Shown here in pieces: positions 26,704 to 37,544 of a stretch of 64,000 nucleotides of DNA. This DNA is from Eledone cirrhosa. Taxonomy: Eukaryota. The notes beneath the pieces were generated by a model. That model was given only the letters and a program-made list of their open reading frames with translations, did no database searches and was not told the origin of the DNA. The stretch is taken from positions 372,001-436,000 of the forward strand of contig OZ024747.1 in the NCBI GenBank assembly GCA_964016885.1, in the 5' to 3' direction. Position 1 is the first letter of the stretch. Every line of letters begins with the position of its first letter. The position numbers and the translations under genes were made by a program.

Positions 26704-29700
26704 GAACTGGATGGTGACAGGGAGTGAAGGGAATCTGTGTAAGAGGGACCTACAATAGAACTGGATGGTGACAGGGAGTGAAGGGAATCTGTAAGAGGGA
26801 CCTACAATAGAACTGGGTAGTGACAGGGAGTCAAGGGAATCTGTGTAAGAGGGACCTACAATAGAACTGGATGGTGACAGGGAGTGAAGGGAATCTGTAA
26901 GAGGGACCTACAATAGAACTGGGTAGTGACAGGGAGTCAAGGGAATCTGTGTAAGAGGGACCTACAATAGAACTGGGTAGTGACAGGGAGTCAAGGGAAT
27001 CTGTGTAAGAGGGACCTACAATAGAACTGGATGGTGACAGGGAGTCAAGGGAATCTGTGTAAGAGGGACCTACAATAGAACTGGATGGTGACAGGGAGTC
27101 AAGGGACTCTGTGTAAGAGGGACCTATAATAGAACTGGATGGTGACAGGGAGTCAAGGGAATCTGTAAGAGGGACCTACAATAGAACTGGATGGTGACAG
27201 GGAGTCAAGGGACTCTGTGTAAGAGGGACCTACAATAGAACTGGATGGTGACAGGGAGTCAAGGGAATCTGTGTAAGAGGGACCTACAATAGAACTGGAT
27301 GGTGACAGGGAGTGAAGGGAATCTGTGTAAGAGGGACCTACAATAGAACTGGATGGTGACAGGGAGTCAAGGGACTCTGTGTAAGAGGGACCTACAATAG
27401 AACTGGATGGTGACAGGGAGTCAAGGGACTCTGTGTAAGAGGGACCTACAATAGAACTGGATGGTGACAGGGAGTCAAGGGACTCTGTGTAAGAGGGACC
27501 TACAATAGAACTGGATGGTGACAGGGAGTCAAGGGAATCTGTGTAAGAGGGACCTATAATAGAACTGGATGGTGACAGGGAGTCAAGGGACTCTGTGTAA
27601 GAGGGACCTATAATAGAACTGGATGGTGACAGGGAGTCAAGGGAACCTGTGTAAGAGGGACCTACAATAGAACTGGATGGTGACAGGGAGTCAAGGGACT
27701 CTGTGTAAGAGGGACCTACAATAGAACTGGATGGTGACAGGGAGTCAAGGGACTCTGTGTAAGAGGGACCTATAATAGAACTGGATGGTGACAGGGAGTC
27801 AAGGGACTCTGTGTAAGAGGGACCTATAATAGAACTGGATGGTGACAGGGAGTCAAGGGAACCTGTGTAAGAGGGACCTACAATAGAACTGGATGGTGAC
27901 AGGGAGTCAAGGGACTCTGTGTAAGAGGGACCTATAATAGAACTGGATGGTGACAGGGAGTCAAGGGAACCTGTGTAAGAGGGACCTATAATAGAACTGG
28001 ATGGTGACAGGGAGTCAAGGGACTCTGTGTAAGAGGGACCTACAATAGAACTGGATGGTGACGGGGAGTCAAGGGAATCTGTGTAAGAGGGACCTACAAT
28101 AGAACTGGATGGTGACGGGGAGTCAAGGGAATCTGTGTAAGAGGGACCTACAATAGAACTGGATGGTGACAGGGAGTCAAGGGACTCTGTGTAAGAGGGA
28201 CCTATAATAGAACTGGATGGTGACAGGGAGTCAAGGGAACCTGTGTAAGAGGGACCTATAATAGAACTGGATGGTGACAGGGAGTCAAGGGACTCTGTGT
28301 AAGAGGGACCTATAATAGAACTGGATGGTGACAGGGAGTCAAGGGACTCTGTGTAAGAGGGACCTATAATAGAACTGGATGGTGACAGGGAGTCAAGGGA
28401 CTCTGTGTAAGAGGGACCTATAATAGAACTGGATGGTGACAGGGAGTCAAGGGACTCTGTGTAAGAGGGACCTACAATAGAACTGGATGGTGACAGGGAG
28501 TCAAGGGACTCTGTGTAAGAGGGACCTATAATAGAACTGGATGGTGACAGGGAGTCAAGGGACTCTGTGTAAGAGGGACCTACAATAGAACTGGATGGTG
28601 ACAGGGAGTCAAGGGACTCTGTGTAAGAGGGACCTATAATAGAACTGGATGGTGACAGGGAGTCAAGGGACTCTGTGTAAGAGGGACCTACAATAGAACT
28701 GGATGGTGACAGGGAGTCAAGGGACTCTGTGTAAGAGGGACCTATAATAGAACTGGATGGTGACAGGGAGTCAAGGGACTCTGTGTAAGAGGGACCTACA
28801 ATAGAACTGGATGGTGACAGGGAGTCAAGGGACTCTGTGTAAGAGGGACCTACAATAGAACTGGATGGTGACAGGGAGTCAAGGGACTCTGTGTAAGAGG
28901 GACCTACAATAGAACTGGATGGTGACAGGGAGTCAAGGGACTCTGTGTAAGAGGGACCTATAATAGAACTGGATGGTGACAGGGAGTCAAGGGACTCTGT
29001 GTAAGAGGGACCTACAATAGAACTGGATGGTGACAGGGAGTCAAGGGACTCTGTGTAAGAGGGACCTACAATAGAACTGGGTAGTGACAGGGAGTCAAGG
29101 GACTCTGTGTAAGAGGGACCTATAATAGAACTGGATGGTGACAGGGAGTCAAGGGACTCTGTGTAAGAGGGACCTACAATAGAACTGGATGGTGACAGGG
29201 AGTCAAGGGACTCTGTGTAAGAGGGACCTACAATAGAACTGGATGGTGACAGGGAGTCAAGGGACTCTGTGTAAGAGGGACCTACAATAGAACTGGATGG
29301 TGACAGGGAGTCAAGGGAACCTGTGTAAGAGGGACCTATAATAGAACTGGATGGTGACAGGGAGTCAAGGGACTCTGTGTAAGAGGGACCTATAATAGAA
29401 CTGGATGGTGACAGGGAGTCAAGGGACTCTGTGTAAGAGGGACCTATAATAGAACTGGATGGTGACAGGGAGTCAAGGGACTCTGTGTAAGAGGGACCTA
29501 CAATAGAACTGGATGGTGACAGGGAGTCAAGGGACTCTGTGTAAGAGGGACCTATAATAGAACTGGATGGTGACAGGGAGTCAAGGGACTCTGTGTAAGA
29601 GGGACCTATAATAGAACTGGATGGTGACAGGGAGTCAAGGGACTCTGTGTAAGAGGGACCTACAATAGAACTGGATGGTGACAGGGAGTCAAGGGACTCT

Positions 29701-30990
29701 GTGTAAGAGGGACCTATAATAGAACTGGATGGTGACAGGGAGTCAAGGGACTCTGTGTAAGGGGGACCTACAATAGAACTGGATGGTGACAGGGAGTCAA
29801 GGGACTCTGTGTAAGAGGGACCTATAATAGAACTGGATGGTGACAGGGAGTCAAGGGACTCTGTGTAAGAGGGACCTACAATAGAACTGGATGGTGACAG
29901 GGAGTCAAGGGACTCTGTGTAAGAGGGACCTATAATAGAACTGGATGGTGACAGGGAGTCAAGGGACTCTGTGTAAGAGGGACCTATAATAGAACTGGAT
30001 GGTGACAGGGAGTCAAGGGACACTGTGTAAGAGGGACCTACAATAGAACTGGATGGTGACAGGGAGTCAAGGGAATCTGTGTAAGAGGGACCTACAATAG
30101 AACTGGATGGTGACAGGGAGTCAAGGGAATCTGTGTAAGAGGGACCTACAATAGAACTGGATGGTGACAGGGAGTCAAGGGAACCTGTGTAAGAGGGACC
30201 TATAATAGAACTGGATGGTGACAGGGAGTCAAGGGACTCTGTGTAAGAGGGACCTATAATAGAACTGGATGGTGACAGGGAGTCAAGGGACTCTGTGTAA
30301 GAGGGACCTATAATAGAACTGGATGGTGACAGGGAGTCAAGGGACTCTGTGTAAGAGGGACCTATAATAGAACTGGATGGTGACAGGGAGTCAAGGGACT
30401 CTGTGTAAGAGGGACCTACAATAGAACTGGATGGTGACAGGGAGTCAAGGGACTCTGTGTAAGAGGGACCTATAATAGAACTGGATGGTGACAGGGAGTC
30501 AAGGGACTCTGTGTAAGGGGGACCTATAATAGAACTGGATGGTGACAGGGAGTCAAGGGACTCTGTGTAAGAGGGACCTATAATAGAACTGGATGGTGAC
30601 AGGGAGTCAAGGGACTCTGTGTAAGAGGGACCTACAATAGAACTGGATGGTGACAGGGAGTCAAGGGACTCTGTGTAAGAGGGACCTATAATAGAACTGG
30701 ATGGTGACAGGGAGTCAAGGGACTCTGTGTAAGAGGGACCTATAATAGAACTGGATGGTGACAGGGAGTCAAGGGACTCTGTGTAAGAGGGACCTACAAT
30801 AGAACTGGATGGTGACAGGGAGTGAAGAGGGACCTACAATAGAACTGGGTAGTGACAGGGAGTCAAGGGAATCTGTGTAAGAGGGACCTATAATAGAACT
30901 GGATGGTGACAGGGAGTCAAGGGAATCTGTGTAAGAAGAATGGACTACGATAGAATTGAAGGGTGGCAGACAGTCAAGGGAATCTATGCA
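26704..30990. repeat. 54-bp minisatellite, about 79 copies
   Basis: Unit GAACTGGATGGTGACAGGGAGTCAAGGGA(C/A)TCTGTGTAAGAGGGACCTA(C/T)AATA; very homogeneous. Confidence 0.98.
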
Positions 30991-31262
30991 AGCAGTGTGA
31001 CCTATTGACTGATTGATTACTGTCATGATTGCAGGGAAAATGAACCTTAAATGATAAGGTCTATAAACTTAGTGGTTTGCCTCTTGTTAGGATGTTCCAT
31101 GGTTGTTTGATGGATCAGGAAATATCTTTTAAAACGGTTCTGACATATTTATGCATGAGTGTGTTTGTGTATAATCAAATGCATAAGAGTTTCAGTGTGT
31201 ATATGTTGTTGTTACACCTGCACAAGGCTTACTTGGCCTCCTATGTTGCTGTATTCCATAAA

Positions 31263-31511
31263 TTCTGTCCTACACCATCTAGTGTGTTGTGACACAACAC
31301 ACAAGATGGTGTAGGACAGAACAAAGGAGAGACACAAAATAAAAACCTAGTCACTGAGGAGGTAACAGAATGTGTGATGAAAGGGCTTTGACAATATATG
31401 AACAACCTTCCGCTTATCGAACCAACCAACCGGAAATATATAAATTGAAGTGAAAACCAACAGGTGCATGTGTTTTTATTGGTAGCATGACCCACCCAAA
31501 GTATAACATAT
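31263..31511 (+). mobile_element. PLE family A pLTR fragment with small 5' fold-back and degenerate hammerhead (31350-31392)
   Basis: Homologous to 60860-61112; begins with a 29-bp inverted copy of its own 5' end. Confidence 0.85.
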
Positions 31512-31560
31512 ATCTGTGTATATATATATATATTGTACTACAATAAAACTCACCTCCTAC

Positions 31561-31656
<96 letters not shown>

Positions 31657-32074
31657 TGACAGATTTTAAAATAAATAACAATCATATTTAGACCTAGAAA
31701 TAAAACAGGAAATATGGCTGGGAACCAACATAATAATTGGGAGTCCCAATTGTAACATCTAATCTAATGACGGGCCTTCTATCTGTTGGAGGAACTCCTC
31801 CCTAGTTGACTTCCACCATTTTCTACTTGGTCATGTCTGGGGTGTAGCCATACTCACCTTTCTTGGCCAACTGGAGGTTAGTAATGTTATTTAACCCATA
31901 GTTAGAGTGGATGACTGTTGACTCTGAGGAGTTCATTTGCCCTTTTAATATTGCTCTCATACCACCATTATTTTAGTGACAGGGAGCAGGATTTGAACAC
32001 AGAATGCACAGGACCGTTCATTTTCATGTATAATTATGTGTATATATGAGTATATCTATATATATATATATGTG

Positions 32075-32105
<31 letters not shown>

Positions 32106-32132
32106 ATATATATATATATATGTGTGTGTGTT

Positions 32133-32742
32133 ATGTCAGGTCACCACTTGGTGCTACTGGTAACATGTATCCCAATACAACCTGACTCATGGTCGGGTCG
32201 TTGGCGACTAAACTGGCAACCCCACCAAGGTTTCTTGGTGAGGAGGGTGACTTTGGACATCCTGCAGGACTAAAAACAAAACCTGTCAAAGGGCAAAGGA
32301 GCTCTTAAGAGTCAATGGCCATCCAAAATCACTGGGAGAGATGACCCCTTAGCCTTTGTCAAGGCAGAATTCTAGGAGAAGGAAAACTCTGATATAACAC
32401 CTGCAACCCTGATGGTATCCAATGATGTTGACTTGTTCTTCTTTTTGGTAAATATCATCTTGGTTAAGAGAGTGGGACTGGCTTTGTGCAGTGCCTTTGC
32501 TCACTATAAAAGCTTCACGGCACAGGCATTGCTTTGTATCTGGAGATCTCTCTGCACTTGTCGTCACATGGTACCAAGGGTAAAGCACTACGTGTCATTA
32601 ATTGTCACAAGTGTAGTGTTTGTACCAGAGTTTTCAAGTCGCTGGCTGGACTAAAAAGTCACACTCGTTCAGCGCATCGGTAGGGGTTCTCCTACATGGA
32701 TATAAAGTAGTGGCCGTACTCGAAAACGAGTTGGCAGCCACC
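32133..32742 (+). mobile_element. RTE 5'UTR-derived interspersed repeat
   Basis: Contains CTAGGAGAAGGAAAACTCTGA, typical of RTE 5'UTRs; related fragments near 45900 and 61900-62170; flanked by microsatellites. Confidence 0.55.
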
Positions 32743-33164
32743 ATATGTGTGTGTATATGTATGATTATGTGCTTAGAAATAAATCAGGTAGATCAAAATA
32801 ATGGTTCTTTATATAGGCACAGGGGGGGGGGGGGAAGTCGATTAAATCGACCCCAGTGCGTGACTGGTACTTTATTTTATTGATCCCTTAAGGATGAAAA
32901 GCGAAGTTAACCTCGGTGGGATTTGAACTCGGATCATAAAGGGCCGCAACTCTATGCTGCAAAGCAACCCCTCTCCATTGTCCCTACACCCAAGTACAGG
33001 GTGTGGTCTAAATCACACTGTACGAACCATCAGAGTGTAACGTTGAAATATAAAGATCAACTAATGCCTAACTGTAGTGTATTATAATGTATTTCATCCT
33101 TACGGGGTCGATAAAATAAAGTACCAGTAATATACTGAGTAATTGCTGGCCTCGTGCAAAAAGT

Positions 33165-33647
33165 TGGTGGTGGCAGTGGTGGTGGTAGTGTTTGCGGTGG
33201 TGGTAGTGGTGGTAGTGTTTGTGGTGGCGGTGGTAGTGGTGGTAGTGTTTGGGTGGTAGTGGTGGTAGTGTTTGTGGTGGTGGTAGTTTTTGTGGTTGCA
33301 GTGGTCGTGTTGTTGGTGGTGGTAGTAGTGTTTCTGGTGGTAGTAGTGGTGGTGGTGGTGGTGGGGATGATGGTGGTAGTGGTTGTAGTGGCGTTGTTGT
33401 TGTTGTTGGTGGTGGTGGGGATTTTGGCGGCAGTCGTGGTGATAATGGAGATGATGATGATGGTTGTCGCATTCAGGATGAATATAGTGAGGATGATGAC
33501 TGCATTAATGATGATGATGATGTAATGGTGGTGGTGGTGGTGATGTTTGTGGGGATGATGATGATTATAATGGCAATGGTTATGATGATGATGACTATGA
33601 TGATGATAGTTGTGATGGTGATTGTTATGATGGTTATGGTGATGATG
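33165..33647. repeat. (GGT/GAT)n trinucleotide mosaic
   Basis: Low-complexity triplet repeats. Confidence 0.92.
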
Positions 33648-33916
33648 TAGAAAATATTTGTTAATCCATATAAGGTTCTGAAAAGTATCATTTGACAGTG
33701 AATGTCTATAGAAACAATAAATCAAAATGATCTGCTGCTGTTACTGCCGCTGCAGTTGCTGCTATTGCTGCTGTCATTGCATTTACAGAAAGGCAAATGT
33801 AAAATCTTACTGCATGCTCTAATAGATAAAAACTACGAAATGTATTCTTTTCTGTTATTTTTTTAATTTTCTAAACATGTAGTCCCATATAGTAACTGGA
33901 AGCAAAATCTCTACAA

Positions 33917-35408
33917 CAGTGATTCCTAATGTGGGGTACACACCCCATTGGGGAGCAATTTGAAATATTTAAGCGGGGTAATTTGAAAATGATGTTAATG
34001 AGAATAAAATTCAGATTTTACCTTATTACTTTTACATCAAGCCAAATTTGGTAGATATTACTGTCAGAAACTCCTGTCTCACCTCCTCCATGGTAGACAT
34101 TACTGTCAGAAACTCCTGTCTCACCCCCTCCTCCATGGTAGACATTACTGTCAGAAACTCCTGTCTCACCCCCTCCTCCATGGTAGACATTACAGTCAGA
34201 AACTCCTGTCTCACCACCTCCTCCATGGTAGACATTACTGTCAGAAACTCCTGTCTCACCTCCTCCATGGTAGACATTACAGTCAGAAACTCCTGTCTCA
34301 CCTCCTCCATGGTAGACATTACTGTCAGAAACTCCTGTCTCACCTCCTTCTCCATGGTAGATATTATTGTCAGAAACTCCTGTCTCACCACCTCCTCCAT
34401 GGTACACCACATTACTGTCAGAAGCTCCTGTCTCACCTCCTCCTCCATGGTAGACATTACTGTTAGAAACTCCTGTCTCACCACCTCCTCCATGGTACAC
34501 CACATTACTGTCAGAAACTCCTGTCTCACCTCCTCCATGGTAGACATTACAGTCAGAAACTCCTGTCTCACCTCCTCCATGGTAGACATTACTGTCAGAA
34601 ACTCCTGTCTCACCTCCTTCTCCATGGTAGATATTATTGTCAGAAACTCCTGTCTCACCACCTCCTCCATGGTACACCACATTACTGTCAGAAGCTCCTG
34701 TCTCACCTCCTCCTCCATGGTAGACATTACTGTTAGAAACTCCTGTCTCACCACCTCCTCCATGGTACACCACATTACTGTCAGAAACTCCTGTCTCACC
34801 TCCTCCATGGTAGACATTACTGTCAGAAACTCCTGTCTCACCCCCTCCTCCATGGTAGACATTACTGTCAGAAGCTCCTGTCTCACCTCCTCCTCCATGG
34901 TAGACATTACTGTCAGAAACTCCTGCCTCACCACCTCCTCCATGGTAGACATTACTGTTAGAAATTCCTGTCTCACCACCTCCTCCATGGTAGACATTAC
35001 TGTCAGAAACTCCTGCCTCACCACCTCCTCCATGGTAGACATTACTGTTAGAAACTCCTGTCTCACCTCCTCCTCCATGGTAGACATTACTGTCAGAAAC
35101 TCCTGTCTCACCACCTCCTCCATGGAACACCACATTACTTCAGAAACTCCTGTCTCACCTCCTCCATGGTAGACATTACTATCAGAAACTCATGTCTCAC
35201 CTCCTCCATGAAACACCACATTACTGTCAGAAACTCCCCGTCTCACCTCCTCCTTTGTTATTGTCTATCTAGCGCCACCTATACACCAATTTGTACAAAG
35301 CTGAGTACAAAAACAAAACTCAATTTTTCATATCGGTGGTGGGGAACATAGCAATTTTTGAGATGTTGAGGGGGAGGGACATGATGGTCAAAAGGTTGGG
35401 GACCACTG
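33917..35408. mobile_element. hAT (Charlie-like) MITE expanded by an internal minisatellite
   Basis: TIRs CAGTGATTCCTAATGT / AGGTTGGGGACCACTG; 8-bp flanks CTCTACAA and ATCTAGGT resemble the NTCTAGAN Charlie target. Confidence 0.7.
34049..35250. repeat. 42/45/48-bp minisatellite (about 27 copies) with a 270-bp higher-order duplication
   Basis: Unit GTAGACATTACTGTCAGAAACTCCTGTCTCACC(NCC)TCCTCCATG; diagnostic variants at 34321 recur at 34591. Confidence 0.96.
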
Positions 35409-36376
35409 ATCTAGGTGTACTGGGTCATTGAGGTGGAGGGGGGGCATGGTGGGGACCACTGATCTAGGTGTACTGGGTCATTGAGGTGGAGGGGGGACAT
35501 GGTGGTCAAAAGGGTGGGGACCACTGATCTAGGTGTACTGGGTCATTGAGGTGGAGGGAGGGCATGGTGGACAAAAGGGCGGGGACCACTGATCTAGGTG
35601 TACTGGGTCAATGAGGTGGAGGGGGGGGACATGGTGGTCAAAAGGGTGGGGACCACTGATCTAGGTGTACTGGGTCATTGAGGTGGAGGGGGGGCATGGT
35701 GGTCAAAAGGTTGGGGACCACTGATCTAGGTGTACTGGGTCATTGAGGTGGAGGGGGGACATGGTGGTCAAAAGGGTGGGGACCACTGATCTAGGTGTAC
35801 TGAGTCATTGAGGTGGAGGGAGGGCATGGTGGTCAAAAGGTTGGGGACCACTGATCTAGGTGTACTGGGTCATTGAGGTGGAGGGGGGGCATGGTGGGGA
35901 CCACTGATCTAGGTGTACTGGGTCATTGAGGTGGAGGGAGGGCATGGTGGTCAAAAGGGTGGGGACCACTGATCTAGGTGTACTGGGTCATTGAGGTGGA
36001 GGGGGGGGGGGGCAAAAGGTTGGGGACCACTGATCTAGGTGTACTGGGTCATTGAGGTGGAGGGGGGACATGGTGGTCAAAAAGTTGGGGACCACTGATC
36101 TAGGTGTACTGGGTCATTGAGGTGGAGGGAGGGCATGGTGGTCAACAGGGTGGGGACCACTGATCTAGGTGTACTGGGTCATTGAGGTGGAGGGAGGGCA
36201 TGGTGGTCAAAAGGGTGGGGACCACTGATCTAGGTGTACTGGCTCATTGAGGTGGAGGGAGGGGGGCATGGTGGTAAAAAGGTTGGGACCACTGATCTAG
36301 GTGTACTGGGTCATTGAGGTGGAGGGGGGGACATGGTGGTCAAAAGGTTGGGGACCACTGATCTAGGTGTACTGGG
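35366..36376. repeat. ~65-bp minisatellite (16 copies) made of the MITE right TIR plus flank
   Basis: Unit CAAAAGGTTGGGGACCACTG-ATCTAGGTGTACTGGGTCATTGAGGTGGAGGGGGG-CATGGTGGT. Confidence 0.95.
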
Positions 36377-36754
36377 CTGCTTCAGTGTGTACATGGTGGA
36401 CAGGTTCAACTATGTTTATAAATATTTACTGGTAGAATAGATTTATATCGATTCATACAGTGTATATATGATATATGTACATTGTTGAGGTACAGACTAT
36501 AGATATATATGTAATATAGATACATACAATGTATATATACCATATGTACATTGACGAGGTTCATACTATAGATATCTAAACTATAATAAAGGAAGGTGTG
36601 CGGGACTGAGTACGGTTTTTTTTTCATCCCATTAGTAAAATAAGTTGGATTACTTTGAATAAATAATGAATTAATATTACATAATTTATCTACTAAATTT
36701 CGTAAACAAAAATAATTTCGTAAAAATAAATAATTTAAAATTGACTACTTTTCA

Positions 36755-36856
36755 ACGTTGCACTTCCGGTATATCGTTGCCACCACCACCACCACTTCAA
36801 CTACCATATATATAGAAAGAGAGAGTGTGTGATGTCAACACTTCCGGTGGCGATCA
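36755..36856. promoter_or_regulatory. Candidate promoter: two ETS-type CACTTCCGGT motifs
   Basis: Identical 10-mers at 36761-36770 and 36839-36848 in unique, locally CpG-containing sequence. Confidence 0.4.
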
Positions 36857-37203
36857 CTTAAATAAACATACTAATGTTCTGTCACTAATTTTCTCCTAAT
36901 GCAATTTATATATAATATCGTCTTTTTTTAATGTATCATGGATTACGTTACTGATACAGTGTAACAACGTCTTCGTTCAATTTCTGTTTATATTGTCAAT
37001 TACGATTTTATTTGATGTATCATATATATATATACCTGCGTATAATATCAATATACACATTACACATGCTAGCAGAAAACATATATACTATATGCATTAT
37101 ATATTCATTATATATACATTATATTATATATATACATGCATATATATTATATATGCATTATATATAATGCCTGTCTCCTCAATCTATCTTATTTCTCATT
37201 CTT

Positions 37204-37239
37204 TCTTCTGATGAAGGACTAACGTCCGAAACGTTAAGA
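37204..37239 (+). ncRNA. Intact minimal type-I hammerhead ribozyme
   Basis: TCTT-CTGATGA-A-GGAC(TAAC)GTCC-GAAACGTT-AAGA, with palindromic AACGTT at stem III. Confidence 0.8.
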
Positions 37240-37330
37240 CCCTCTTCCTGCTATATCAAGCGTTAACCTAATATATCCCTTCCATATACTATACTGATTG
37301 TGGTGTTATTTCTCTTTACCTTTTATAAAC

Positions 37331-37396
<66 letters not shown>

Positions 37397-37544
37397 ACTA
37401 TATGTACATTGTTGTATGTGTGTGTGTTTCTGTGTATGTGTCTTTGTGTTGAAATCCCAAATATTCATAAATGTACGAAACCATTCAAATAGATATTTAT
37501 AGGCGTGTACAAGTATTCACATGCACTTGTGTGTGTATGTATGT

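Noticed and set aside
27153-30023. 956-aa Ser/Pro-rich ORF
   Set aside because: Stop-free frame of a 54-bp tandem repeat; non-ATG start inside the array; no unique domain or splice context.
33057-35172. Long repeat ORFs and a phase-compatible minus-strand donor/acceptor pair (about 34022 and 33707)
   Set aside because: The ORFs come from a VNTR inside a MITE and from triplet repeats; no recognisable protein.
26704-36376. CRISPR-like arrays
   Set aside because: No unique spacers, no cas genes, eukaryotic context.
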